64,000 nt of DNA from Nitrospinales bacterium (GCA_965223345.1 CBDCWG010000012.1:2880001-2944000); one strand, 5' to 3'; counted from the first letter of the stretch, positions 49,784-59,813 are shown. The notes: generated by a model not told the origin, from the sequence alone. Numbers and translations: made by a program.

Positions 49784-50113
49784 GACAGGATAAAAAAAAA
49801 GATCAAAATAAGGGTTCGCACAAAGCCGCAAAGGAAAAATGAACACAATAAATATAGGGGATTGAGGACAAGAGCGCCTGTTTTAATTTCCTGTCACCCT
49901 GAGCCTGTCGAAGAGTGACAAATATTTTAATCCCCCCTCACCCAGCCCTCAAGGCACCTCCAGTATTTTAGTGAGCGAGTGTCAAGCTTCGCTTGAGCTC
50001 CCTCCGGGGGAGAGGGATTTTTAAAAGATCCTTTATCTGCACTTCTTTGCGTCTTGGCGTCTTTGCGCGAGACTCGCTTTTAATCTTTGTTTCTATCCTG
50101 TGATCCTGTCCAA
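49784..50113 (-). repeat. Composite intergenic repeat element, copy 2, with outer inverted repeats and an internal REP-like palindrome
   Basis: GACAGGAT (49784) ... ATCCTGTC (50110); internal TGTCACCCTGAGCCTGTCGAAGAGTGACA (49892-49920); 49929-50113 matches modules of 4746-4984 in reverse complement. Confidence 0.7.
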
Positions 50114-50163
50114 ATTTTTCGTCATAGATTGTTTTCGCCCGTTTTGCCTGCTAAACTTTTCGC

Positions 50164-50571
50164 ATGATTCTGAGCTGGGAAGACATTGCGGGTGGCGAGA
50201 CGATCGCGGCGTTTCTCGTCTGGCTGGTGTTGACGGGGTTGTTCTATCTGGTGTGCTACATCGCCGTGCTCAACGTCATCGACGACCTGTCGCGCAACAG
50301 TTCCATGAAAGTCCCGATGATGTTCGGCGCTTCCATCCCCACCGCCGGGCTGATGGCCATCTTCGGCTATAAGCCGCTGGTGTGGGTGGTGCTGGTTGCG
50401 GTGGCCAATTATTTCCGCGTGCGCGAGCTGGGTCAGCCGGGCAAAAAACTCGCCGGGCTCGCCGTCAACCGCCCGCTGTTTTATATGGGCAGCTACCTGT
50501 ACATCGCCATGGTCGGCATCATGGCGTTTTATTTCCAGTCCCCCTCCTTCCACGCCATCCTGGAAAACTGA
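50164..50571 (+). CDS. Hypothetical membrane protein (about 4 TM helices)
   Basis: Hydrophobic 135-aa ORF with host-like codon usage; TGCTAAACT extended -10 lies 6 nt before the ATG. Confidence 0.75.
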   Translation: MILSWEDIAGGETIAAFLVWLVLTGLFYLVCYIAVLNVIDDLSRNSSMKVPMMFGASIPTAGLMAIFGYKPLVWVVLVAVANYFRVRELGQPGKKLAGLAVNRPLFYMGSYLYIAMVGIMAFYFQSPSFHAILEN

Positions 50572-50573
50572 CC

Positions 50574-51299
50574 TCATTCGGACGAAAACCACGGCAGCCA
50601 CATGCCGGTGCGCTGGCGGAATTTCAGATAGGGCTCGCCGAACTGCTCGGCCAGCGCCTTCTCTTCGTGGTGGATGCGGTACTGAAACCCGAACCAGGCG
50701 CACGCCATGCCCAACAGTCCCCACAACAGGGAATGGGTGGCGACGGCGTAGGCGGCGATGACGATCATCATGGCCGTGTAGGAGGGGTGCCGCATCAACC
50801 CGTACAGCTGATCGGTCTTGAGCGCCTGCTGGTCGCGGAAGGCGATGTCGAACTTGAACGCGACGGAGCCGATCTGGTAGACGGCGACGATGCGCAGGAT
50901 CGATCCGAACACGAAAAGCCCGGCGATGACGGCCCACTCGATCCCGGAAACGGGGATGGCGGTGGCGCGCGCGATGAAGGACAGCCCCACCAGCGCCAGC
51001 GCGATGGGAAGGGTGTGGCCGAACAGCTGCATCCAGAACGGCCGGTCGAACGTGATGTCCTCGCGCTTGACGGTGATCATGAAGATCACCAGCTCGATGA
51101 TGCCGAAGATCGTGTTGAGGTACGAGACGATGCAGAACCGCTCGGCGGTTGCGGGAGTGAGCCCGAACGGCAACAGCGGCAGGCAGTAGATGAGGCCCAC
51201 CAGCACGATGTTGAAATTGCAGTTGCGGATGAGCGCCACCGCCCAGACGGCGAGGTAGATTCCCAGGTTCAGGTGGATTAAAAACGATATCGTTTGCAC
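50574..51299 (-). CDS. Isoprenylcysteine carboxyl methyltransferase (ICMT/Ste14) family membrane protein
   Basis: LYGLMRHPSYT, RIHHEEKALAEQFGEPYLKF. Confidence 0.85.
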   Translation of the reverse strand: MQTISFLIHLNLGIYLAVWAVALIRNCNFNIVLVGLIYCLPLLPFGLTPATAERFCIVSYLNTIFGIIELVIFMITVKREDITFDRPFWMQLFGHTLPIALALVGLSFIARATAIPVSGIEWAVIAGLFVFGSILRIVAVYQIGSVAFKFDIAFRDQQALKTDQLYGLMRHPSYTAMMIVIAAYAVATHSLLWGLLGMACAWFGFQYRIHHEEKALAEQFGEPYLKFRQRTGMWLPWFSSE

Positions 51300-51665
51300 A
51301 GGTTCGACTCTCCGGGCACCGGGAACGAACAGCGGCTCCCGCTATCGGGTTGAATTTCAATCTATTCACGCACCCTTGAGGCGCGGCCGGGGCTTCCTTT
51401 GCCCGGGTGGGGCGAGCGGCGTTTTCCACAGCCGCATTTTCCCCGCAAACCCTTGGAAAAGCGGGTAAATTATCCGGTCCGCCGGGGTATTCCCCTGTCT
51501 TTTACCGCTGTTTTATTATAATATAGTTCTGCCTTCAATCGGATCTGTGCTTGAATAGCTTCTTCTTTGCCCGGACCGGTGCCGGCGTTTTTGATCCTGC
51601 CCAAGGATCTCACTTTAAATATTCGGATTGAGAGACTCAATCGTTTAAATAATAAGGGGTTCGTG

Positions 51666-54056
51666 ATGAACATACGACATTTGAACATCCCCCCGGAAGT
51701 CAAACGGGAGATCGAGGAGTTCGCCGCCGAAGTGGAACGGCGAAACCGCGGCGAGGTTCCGGAGGAGGAGTTCAAGCGATTCCGCCTGCAACAGGGAATT
51801 TACGGCCAGCGTCAGGACGAGGAGCAGATGGTGCGGACCAAGCTGCCGCAGGGACGCATGACGGCGGACCAGCTCGCCTGTCTGGCCGATTTTGGAGAAA
51901 AGTACTCGCACGGCATCCTGCACGTGACCACGCGGCAGGACATCCAGTTCCATTACGTCAAGCTCAACGACGTGCCGCAGGGTCTTCAGATCCTGGCGGA
52001 CCACGGCATCACCACGCGCGAAGCCTGCGGCAACACGGTGCGCAACGTCACCGGCTGTCACAAGGCCGGGACCTGCAAAGAGGAAGCGTTCGACATCGCG
52101 CCCTACGGCCAGGCGATCACCAATTTTCTGCTGCGCCAGCCGCTGACCCAGAACCTGCCGCGCAAATTCAAGATCAGCCTGGGCGGCTGTGCGGGCTGCG
52201 GTCTCGCGCCGATCCACGACATCGGACTGAAAGCGCAGATCCGCGAAATCGACGGCAAACCGGTGCGCGGCTTCAAGGTGCTGTGGGGCGGCGGGCTCGG
52301 TTCGTTCCCGCACGCAGCGAAACCGCTGAAGGATTTCGTGCCGGTGGACGACATGCTGCGCGTGTGCGAGGCCATCATTCAGGTTTTCGACAAGTACGGC
52401 GACAAGAAAAACCGCAACAAGGCGCGGTTCAAGTTCGTGATCGATAAGCTGGGTCAGGAGAAGACGAAAGAACTGTTCGAAGAGGAATACGCGGCGCTCG
52501 CCGGCAAGCAGTACCCCTCCATCGAGGTTCCCAAGCCGTCGATTCCGGAAATCCCGAAATACACAGCGAACACGGAATTCGACGCGGACCCGGAATTTCT
52601 CACCTGGAAAGAACGCAACACCTCTGCGCAGAAGCAGGACGGGTTTTTCAACGTACAGATCAAGCTGCTTCTGGGTGACTTTGACGTGCCGCAGGCGCGG
52701 GCGATCAGCAACATCGCCGCGAATTACGCCGGCGGGACCCTCGTCTGCACCGTGAACCAGAACCTGATGATCCCCTGGGTGAAGGAAGACGCGTTCGGCG
52801 CGGTTTACGGGGAACTGAAAAAAATCGGCCTGCACAAGGCGGGCACCGAGGAGATCCGCGACATCACCTGCTGTCCCGGTTCGGAGACCTGCAACCTCGG
52901 CATCACCGCGTCGCGCGGGCTGGCGACGGAACTCAACACGAAAATGGAAAACGGCTTCCCGCGCGCGGAGGAGCTCAAGCACATGTCCATCAAGGCCAGC
53001 GGCTGCCCCAACTCCTGCGGCCAGCACCACATCGCCTCGATCGGCTTTCACGGCGGCGCGAAGAAGGTCAACGGCATCCTGACGCCGCATTACGAGATCT
53101 TCCTCGGCGGCCGGGTGGACGAGGACAACGTCATCTTCGGCACGCCCGTCATCAAGATCCCGGCGAAAAACGGGCCGGACGTGGTGCGCACCACCCTCGA
53201 CGATTTCAAGGCGCAAAAGCAGGACGGCGAGACCTTCGGCGAGTACTTCGACCGCAAGGGCAAGGCGTATTTCAAGGAACTGCTCACCCCGCTGATCGGC
53301 CTGCCTGCGATCGAGGAAGCGCCGGAGGCCTACATCGATTACGGCAGCACCGAGAAATTCTCGCTGGAAGACCGCGGTCAGGGCGAATGCGCCGGCGCAC
53401 TCACGGACATGATTCAGACCCATCTCTCGGAATCGGACCGCGCCATTTTCCAGGGCCGGCTTTCCTGGGAGAAGGACGACTTCGCCGATGCGGACCAGAA
53501 AGCCCGGCGGGCGCTGGTGGCCTGCGCGCGGGCCCTGCTGGTGACGGAAGGCATGGATTTCGACGACGACGGCGAATGCCTGCGCAAATTCCAGTCGCTG
53601 ATCGTGGACATGGAGATCGTCTCGATGCAGTACGCCGACCTGATCGACCATTATTTCGACCAGACCGCCGCACCGGACAAAGAAAATACCGACCGGTGGC
53701 TCAAGGCAACCCAGGGCCTGACCGATGAGTGCAAACAGGTCTACAACAAATTGCAGACCGACAAATCCCTGCGCATCCGCGTCGGCAACACCGGCAAGGA
53801 CGGCGAATCGAAGCCGGCCGCGGGCGGCGAAGCGGAACGCAGCAAGATCGATCTGCTCGGGGTCAAGTGCCCGTTCAATTACGTGAAGACCAAACTGAAA
53901 CTGGAGACCATGCAGGCGGGAAACACGCTGGAGGTGCTGCTGGATGAAGGTGAACCGGCGGAAAACGTTCCCCGCAGCATCCAGAACGACGGCCACAAGC
54001 TGTTGTCTCTGGAAAAGGAAAACGGTCATTTCAAGATGGTCATTGAAAAGGCATGA
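51666..54056 (+). CDS. Ferredoxin-dependent siroheme nitrite/sulfite reductase fused to HEPN-like and TusA domains
   Basis: GIYGQRQ, TTRQDIQFH, LPRKFKI, CCPGSETC and SGCPNSCG siroheme/4Fe-4S ligands; C-terminal IDLLGVKCPFNYVKTKLKLE...LEVLLDEG (TusA). Confidence 0.9.
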   Translation: MNIRHLNIPPEVKREIEEFAAEVERRNRGEVPEEEFKRFRLQQGIYGQRQDEEQMVRTKLPQGRMTADQLACLADFGEKYSHGILHVTTRQDIQFHYVKLNDVPQGLQILADHGITTREACGNTVRNVTGCHKAGTCKEEAFDIAPYGQAITNFLLRQPLTQNLPRKFKISLGGCAGCGLAPIHDIGLKAQIREIDGKPVRGFKVLWGGGLGSFPHAAKPLKDFVPVDDMLRVCEAIIQVFDKYGDKKNRNKARFKFVIDKLGQEKTKELFEEEYAALAGKQYPSIEVPKPSIPEIPKYTANTEFDADPEFLTWKERNTSAQKQDGFFNVQIKLLLGDFDVPQARAISNIAANYAGGTLVCTVNQNLMIPWVKEDAFGAVYGELKKIGLHKAGTEEIRDITCCPGSETCNLGITASRGLATELNTKMENGFPRAEELKHMSIKASGCPNSCGQHHIASIGFHGGAKKVNGILTPHYEIFLGGRVDEDNVIFGTPVIKIPAKNGPDVVRTTLDDFKAQKQDGETFGEYFDRKGKAYFKELLTPLIGLPAIEEAPEAYIDYGSTEKFSLEDRGQGECAGALTDMIQTHLSESDRAIFQGRLSWEKDDFADADQKARRALVACARALLVTEGMDFDDDGECLRKFQSLIVDMEIVSMQYADLIDHYFDQTAAPDKENTDRWLKATQGLTDECKQVYNKLQTDKSLRIRVGNTGKDGESKPAAGGEAERSKIDLLGVKCPFNYVKTKLKLETMQAGNTLEVLLDEGEPAENVPRSIQNDGHKLLSLEKENGHFKMVIEKA

Positions 54057-54167
54057 GGCGTGGTCTCCATTGGGTTGCGGATCGGGTGGATGCGAAACGC
54101 TCAGGCGGGTTTCACGGGGGCAGGAAATCGGAACAGCCATGAAAAATTCGACTCGTTTTGAGGGCGC

Positions 54168-55049
54168 ATGCTGACCAGCATGACCGGTTTCGGCCGGTAT
54201 GAAAGCACCCGCGGCGAAACCCTCTGCAAAGCGGAAATCCGGTCGGTCAACAACCGATACATCGAAATCAACACCCGCATTCCCAAAAATCTTTTCGGCC
54301 TGGAAACCGTCCTCAAGAAACGGGTCAAGGACCGCTGTGCGCGCGGCTCGTTCGATCTCAGCATCACGCTCGAGAGAAGCAACAGCAACGGGAGCGATCT
54401 GGCGATCCAGCCCAACCTCGATGTGGCGAAGCAGTACGTCGAGGCCTACCGGCAAATTCAAAAGCAACTGAACCTGGTGGGCGAGATCGACATCAATTCC
54501 ATTCTCGGCGTCAAGGATGTGCTCAAGGTGGAAGCCGCGGAGGTCGATCCTTCCTGTGAAGAGTTGATCCTCGAAACGGTGGACGCCGCGCTCACCGCGC
54601 TCATCGGGATGCGCAAGGACGAAGGCCGCCACCTGGAAACGGACATCCTGAGCCGGCTGGACGCTATCGAGGAGCAGGCGGAACGGGTGCGGGCGCTGCA
54701 GCCGGAATTGATCCAGGGCTACAAGGAACGGCTGCAGGAACGGATTCAGGCGCTGAACGGCAACGCGGAGGTCGATGAAGTCCGGCTGGCGCAGGAGATC
54801 GCGATCCTGGCCGACCGCAGCGACGTGACGGAAGAAGTCATCCGGCTGGAAAGCCACCTCAACCAGTTCCGCGGGCTCACGCAAAAGGACGAGCCCACGG
54901 GGAGAAAGCTGGAGTTCATCACCCAGGAGATCAACCGGGAGACCAACACCATCGGCTCCAAGTCGATCGACAAGCGGGTGACGCAGGCGGTGATCGAAAT
55001 CAAGGGAGAGCTGGAAAAGATCCGCGAGCAGTTGCAGAACATCGAATGA
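54168..55049 (+). CDS. yicC: YicC/YloC family endoribonuclease
   Basis: SMTGFGR, EIRSVNNRY, GRKLEFITQEINRETNTIGSKS, EKIREQLQNIE. Confidence 0.95.
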   Translation: MLTSMTGFGRYESTRGETLCKAEIRSVNNRYIEINTRIPKNLFGLETVLKKRVKDRCARGSFDLSITLERSNSNGSDLAIQPNLDVAKQYVEAYRQIQKQLNLVGEIDINSILGVKDVLKVEAAEVDPSCEELILETVDAALTALIGMRKDEGRHLETDILSRLDAIEEQAERVRALQPELIQGYKERLQERIQALNGNAEVDEVRLAQEIAILADRSDVTEEVIRLESHLNQFRGLTQKDEPTGRKLEFITQEINRETNTIGSKSIDKRVTQAVIEIKGELEKIREQLQNIE

Positions 55050-55136
55050 CCTGGGCTTTGAACTGACAAGGACGGCAGCCGGCAGACTGCGAATCGCCCG
55101 CCGGACGCCTCCCCCCTCCCCTTCGGACTTGTAACC

Positions 55137-55766
55137 ATGAACGCCAACGGGATCGCTTTCATCGTATCCGCGCCGTCGGGAACCGGCAAGACCACGATCT
55201 GCCACCGGCTGCGGGAGAAGCTGCCCCAGCTTGAGATCGCGGTCTCCCACACCACCCGCTCGCCGCGCGAAGGGGAAGCGAACGGCCGGGATTACCATTT
55301 CGTCAGCGAGGCGGAGTTTGCGGCGATGATCGAGCGGGGCGCGTTCCTGGAATACGCGCAGATCTGCGGTCATCATTACGGCACCGCGCTGGATTCGGTG
55401 AGCGAGCGGCTGGAGAAAGGCAAGGATCTGATCCTGGAGCTGGACGTGCAGGGGGCCGCAACGCTGCGCAAGAAAAAGTATCCCGGCGTGTATCTCTTCA
55501 TCCTGCCGCCCTCGCTCAAGGAGCTGGAAGCGCGGCTCAAGGGGCGCGGCACCGAAACAGAGGACTCGATCCGCAAGCGGCTGGAGACGGGCAAGGAAGA
55601 GATCAAGCAATACACCCTGTACGATTACGTGGTGATCAACGGCGATCTGGATGTAGCGGTGGAAAACGTTCTCAGCATCTTCAACGCGGAACGGTTTCGC
55701 ACCGGCCGCTTCGTGGCCCCGGCCGAAGACATCCGGACTCTGCTGAAAGCGAAAGTGAACGCCTGA
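55137..55766 (+). CDS. gmk: Guanylate kinase
   Basis: SAPSGTGKTT P-loop, SHTTRSPREGE..GRDYHFV, LDVQGA. Confidence 0.96.
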   Translation: MNANGIAFIVSAPSGTGKTTICHRLREKLPQLEIAVSHTTRSPREGEANGRDYHFVSEAEFAAMIERGAFLEYAQICGHHYGTALDSVSERLEKGKDLILELDVQGAATLRKKKYPGVYLFILPPSLKELEARLKGRGTETEDSIRKRLETGKEEIKQYTLYDYVVINGDLDVAVENVLSIFNAERFRTGRFVAPAEDIRTLLKAKVNA

Positions 55767-56830
55767 TGGCAAACGTCGATCTCATGAACCTGGTGCGCGG
55801 CAAGATCAAATCGCTCAACGCCTATCACGTCGAAAACAGCGATTGCGCGGTCAAGCTGCACGCCAACGAGAACCCGTTCGCGCCGCCGGAGGAACTGCTC
55901 AAACGGTTCAAGGAAGTGGATTTCAAGCTCAACCGCTACCCGGACCCGGACAGCCAGGTGCTCAAACAGGCGATCTCGAACAGGATCCAGGTGGCCCCGG
56001 AAACCCTGGTGATCGGCAACGGTTCGGACGAGTTGATCCAGCTCATCCTGCAGGTCTTCTGCGACGCGGGCGACGCGTTCGCATTTTCCGACCCGACGTT
56101 CGCCATGTATTCGATCATCGGCCGCGGCATGGGGCTTTCCCCCATTGCCGTCGATCTGGATGCGGACTGGAACCTGAACGCGGCGGAATTTCTGAACGCG
56201 ACGCAAGCCCACGAGCCGCGGGTGATCCTGGTGAGCTACCCGAACAACCCGACCGGAAACTGCTATTCGGAAAAAGAGATCCGCACTCTCATCGAAACGT
56301 TTCCGGGCATCGTCGTGCTGGACGAAGCGTATTACGACTTTTCACGCAAAAGTTTTCTCAAAGACATCGCGCAGCACAACAACCTCATCATCCTGCGCAG
56401 CCTCTCGAAAATCGGGCTGGCGGGGTTGCGCGTGGGCTACGGGATCGCCGATCCGGTGATCATCGAACAGATAAACAAAGTCCGGCTTCCCTACAACTCC
56501 AACATCATTTCGCAGACGCTGGCGGCCGGGCTTCTGGAAAACTTTTCGCCGGTGCAGGAGCAGATCGACGTCATCCTGAAGGAACGCGACCGGCTGGCGG
56601 AGGCGCTGCAGGCGCTGTCCGGGATCCAGGTGTTTCCCTCGGATTCCAATTTCATCCTGCTGCGCATTCCGGGCTCCGGGGAAACGGTCTTCCGCGGCCT
56701 GATGGGCAAAGGCATTCTGATCCGCAACCTGAACGCACATCCGAAACTGAAAGACTGTTTGCGCGTCACCGTGGGGACGCGTGAAGAAAACGACCTGTTT
56801 CTCGAGCAGATGAAATCGTTCGCGCATTGA
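55766..56830 (+). CDS. hisC: Histidinol-phosphate aminotransferase
   Basis: KLHANENP, NRYPDP, GNGSDELI, PNNPTG, DEAYYDF, RSLSKIGLAGLRVGY; TGATG overlap with gmk. Confidence 0.95.
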   Translation: MANVDLMNLVRGKIKSLNAYHVENSDCAVKLHANENPFAPPEELLKRFKEVDFKLNRYPDPDSQVLKQAISNRIQVAPETLVIGNGSDELIQLILQVFCDAGDAFAFSDPTFAMYSIIGRGMGLSPIAVDLDADWNLNAAEFLNATQAHEPRVILVSYPNNPTGNCYSEKEIRTLIETFPGIVVLDEAYYDFSRKSFLKDIAQHNNLIILRSLSKIGLAGLRVGYGIADPVIIEQINKVRLPYNSNIISQTLAAGLLENFSPVQEQIDVILKERDRLAEALQALSGIQVFPSDSNFILLRIPGSGETVFRGLMGKGILIRNLNAHPKLKDCLRVTVGTREENDLFLEQMKSFAH

Positions 56831-56858
56831 CTGGCGCTTTGTTGTAAGATCGCACCGC

Positions 56859-57878
56859 ATGAGCAAAAAACGCAAACTCATACTGTCGCTGTTCGCGCTG
56901 GCTCTGGTATCGAGCTGGGTCCTCGGAGGCTACTTCTTTTATCTGGCAACGCACCCGGTGAGCGAGGACGAGCGCCTGCTCAGGCTCGAAATCACACCGG
57001 GCATGACCCTCAAGCAGACTTCGGATCTTCTGGCCGAGCGGCACCTGATCCGCAGCGCTTCGACGTTCCGCATCCTCGCGCACCTCAGGGACAAGCACAA
57101 CCAGATCCAGGTCGGGGAATACGCAATCTCTCCCTCGATGGTTCCGGGAGAGATCCTGAGCAAGATCACTTCCGGCAAAACCGTGCTGCACCCGGTGACG
57201 ATCCCGGAAGGGTTCCGCATCACCGAGATCGCCGCGCTGCTCGCCGACCGCGGGCTGGTGGACGCGGACGCCTTCATCAAGCAGACGCAGGATCCACGCT
57301 GGCAACAGGAATTGGACATCCCGGCGGACTCGCTGGAAGGCTACCTGTTTCCGGAAACCTACCACTTCAGCAAATACACCACCGAAGAGCAGATCGTGCG
57401 CACCATGCTGGAGACCTTCCAGACCCAGGGCGCGCCCCAGGAATTCCGCAAGCGTGCGAAAGAACTCAAGCTCACGTATCACGAAGTCGTCACCCTGGCT
57501 TCCCTGATCGAAAAGGAAACCGGGGTGGATGAAGAACGCAAGCTGATCTCGTCGGTGTTCCACAACCGGCTGCAGAAAAACATGAAACTGCAGACCGACC
57601 CGACGGTCATTTACGCGATCCGCAATTTCGACGGCAACATCCGCAAGAAGGACCTCAGCATCGATTCGCCCTACAACACCTACCGGTATTTCGGGCTGCC
57701 GCCCGGCCCCATCGCCAGCCCCGGCAAGCAGTCGATCGAGGCGGCGCTGTATCCCGATGAAACCGATTTCCTGTATTTCGTTTCCCGCCAAGACGGCAGC
57801 CACCAGTTTTCATCCAACCTCGCGGACCACAACGCGGCGGTGGCAAAATACCAACTCCGGCGCGTAAAAAAGCTATAA
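56859..57878 (+). CDS. mltG: Endolytic transglycosylase MltG
   Basis: VTIPEG, LEGYLFPETY, LASLIEKE, LQTDPTV, SPYNTY...GLPPGPIASPG. Confidence 0.96.
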   Translation: MSKKRKLILSLFALALVSSWVLGGYFFYLATHPVSEDERLLRLEITPGMTLKQTSDLLAERHLIRSASTFRILAHLRDKHNQIQVGEYAISPSMVPGEILSKITSGKTVLHPVTIPEGFRITEIAALLADRGLVDADAFIKQTQDPRWQQELDIPADSLEGYLFPETYHFSKYTTEEQIVRTMLETFQTQGAPQEFRKRAKELKLTYHEVVTLASLIEKETGVDEERKLISSVFHNRLQKNMKLQTDPTVIYAIRNFDGNIRKKDLSIDSPYNTYRYFGLPPGPIASPGKQSIEAALYPDETDFLYFVSRQDGSHQFSSNLADHNAAVAKYQLRRVKKL

Positions 57879-57965
57879 TAGGAGGATAGACCCGCCCAAA
57901 CCCGGCGAAACGGCAAAGGCCGCTCTGTGCGTTGCCGTTCGCCCTGTCATCTGCAAGGAGGGCAT

Positions 57966-58094
57966 ATGGCTTATTCAAAGAAAGTGCAATCCAGAAGGGA
58001 ACATCCGGGCTGGAACGTGTTTGTCCACACGGGCATGATTCTCAAAGTGCTCACGGCTCTCGCGATGATCGGAGCGCTCTGGTATTTCAAATGA
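57966..58094 (+). CDS. 42-aa small protein with C-terminal TM helix (not in the ORF track)
   Basis: AAGGAGGGCAT-ATG; MAYSKKVQSRREHPGWNVFVHTGMILKVLTALAMIGALWYFK*. Confidence 0.6.
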   Translation: MAYSKKVQSRREHPGWNVFVHTGMILKVLTALAMIGALWYFK

Positions 58095-58119
58095 GTGCGT
58101 TTGCGAGAAGCGGAGGATT

Positions 58120-59064
58120 TCAGCCCTCCAGGTACTTCACCATCCGGTAGACCAGTTCGTTGCAGGGCACCTCGATGCCCAGCGCGCGGGCCTGCCGCAC
58201 CACGATGCCGTTCATGGCGTCCACCTCGGTGGGCTTGCCCGCCTGGATGTCCTGCAGCATGGACGATTCGTGCTGATAGGTCGCGGGCAGCAGCTTTTCG
58301 TAAAACGCCGCCAGATACAGCTCGGGACACTCCCAGTGCGTCGAATGGCCGGAGGGGATCATGACCTTGAACACTTCTTCGACGATGCCGTTCATGATTC
58401 CGCGGGTGTGCTCGGACTCTCCCAGCTTGCCGTAGGACACGCCGAGGACCGCACCGAGTCCGTTGAGGGCGCAGTTGTAAAGCATCTTGGCCCAGAGGTC
58501 CTTGCCGATGTCGGGCGTGGTGATACAGGGCAGACCGCCTGCATTGATGGCTTCGGCCAGGGGTTCGAGGATCAGGGGATCCTCCCCGTAGAGGCTGCCG
58601 AGGTGCATCGCTTCGGCGTGGACGGTGACATCGACCTGGTTTTTCACCGGCCGGCGAAAACCGGTGATGACGCGGGCGCTGGCGATCTGCTCTCGCGGGA
58701 AACGCTGGGCGAAGGGTTCGGCGTTGCCCCAGCCGTTCTGGCAAAGAACGATGGGACCCTGAAAATTTTTGATCCAGGGCCAGGCGGCGATGTCCATCGC
58801 GGCCTCAATCGTGTCCTGCGACTTGGTGCAGACCAGGATGTAACCGCAATCGGAGCGGGGCAGATCCTGCAGGCGCGTGAAACTGTAAAATGCCGACGGT
58901 TCGGCGTGAAACTCGCCGAAGAATCCGGTGCGGTGCAGTCCTTCCCGGCGCAGCGCGCGCACGGTGTCTTCCCGGCCTACCAGAGTCACTTCGGTTTTCG
59001 ACTGCAACAAAAAACTGGCGAGCCCCAGACCCACCGCACCCGCTCCGTAAATCATGACATGCAT
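58120..59064 (-). CDS. panE: 2-dehydropantoate 2-reductase
   Basis: IYGAGAVG, VCTKS, CQNG, WAKMLYNCALN, SSMLQDI...TEVDAMNG. Confidence 0.92.
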   Translation of the reverse strand: MHVMIYGAGAVGLGLASFLLQSKTEVTLVGREDTVRALRREGLHRTGFFGEFHAEPSAFYSFTRLQDLPRSDCGYILVCTKSQDTIEAAMDIAAWPWIKNFQGPIVLCQNGWGNAEPFAQRFPREQIASARVITGFRRPVKNQVDVTVHAEAMHLGSLYGEDPLILEPLAEAINAGGLPCITTPDIGKDLWAKMLYNCALNGLGAVLGVSYGKLGESEHTRGIMNGIVEEVFKVMIPSGHSTHWECPELYLAAFYEKLLPATYQHESSMLQDIQAGKPTEVDAMNGIVVRQARALGIEVPCNELVYRMVKYLEG

Positions 59065-59258
59065 CGAGCCCCTCCCAACTGATGAATATCACAGGAGAAA
59101 ACAAAATTCGCCCCTTGTGAAACGTTTCGAAAGATGAGAGGATCATAATACAAGTGAGCCGCTGTGTGAGTGAAAAATACGCGGCCGGTACTTTTTTTCT
59201 GCGGCGGGCTTCGCGGCTTGGCCCCTCCCCTCCGCACAGTAAAAAGGGAGACATTGTA

Positions 59259-59813
59259 ATGACACAACAAACCGCTCAACCACAAAATTACAACCACACC
59301 GACTGGTTGAAACATATTTCCGCCCTGTTCGGGGAAGTACGCGCGTTCGCCAAGGAAGCCGGCGCCCTGATCAAGGAATCCTCGAAGAAATTCTTCAACC
59401 GGGCGATGACAGAGATTCGTTTTTTCATCTCCAAGTCCACCATGCTGGACTACCTCGGCGGAGGGATCACCGCCGCCATCGGCTTCATGGCCACTCTGGT
59501 TTTCCTCTCCGGCTTCGGCCTGATCGGCTACCAGATTTTTCTCTGGCTGAAAGACGGGACCTGGACGGAGTTTCCGCTGTTCGTCGTGTTCAACTTTCTG
59601 TTCGAGAACACCGCCCTGCACAGCTGGATGCAGAACCCGGAATCCTGGTACGGCCTGCAGAAGGTCGGCTCCTGGTTCCTGGAAAACATTCCGCTTTCCC
59701 TGGCGCTCATCGTGCCCGGCTTCACGGTTGCCTGCGCCATGTGGGCGATCGCCATTGCGGCCATCTGCATCCGTTACTACCAGTTCAAACGCGTTGAAAA
59801 AGAAAGTCTGTGA
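59259..59813 (+). CDS. Hypothetical membrane protein
   Basis: AAGGGAG RBS; two hydrophobic regions around a Trp-rich loop (WLKDGTW, WMQNPESWYGL). Confidence 0.75.
   Translation: MTQQTAQPQNYNHTDWLKHISALFGEVRAFAKEAGALIKESSKKFFNRAMTEIRFFISKSTMLDYLGGGITAAIGFMATLVFLSGFGLIGYQIFLWLKDGTWTEFPLFVVFNFLFENTALHSWMQNPESWYGLQKVGSWFLENIPLSLALIVPGFTVACAMWAIAIAAICIRYYQFKRVEKESL

Noticed and set aside
51645..55772. 1375-aa minus-strand ORF and other long antisense ORFs (e.g. 15472-17610, 22594-24207, 35333-37678)
   Set aside because: Shadow ORFs opposite well-supported genes in GC-rich codon space; no recognisable motifs.
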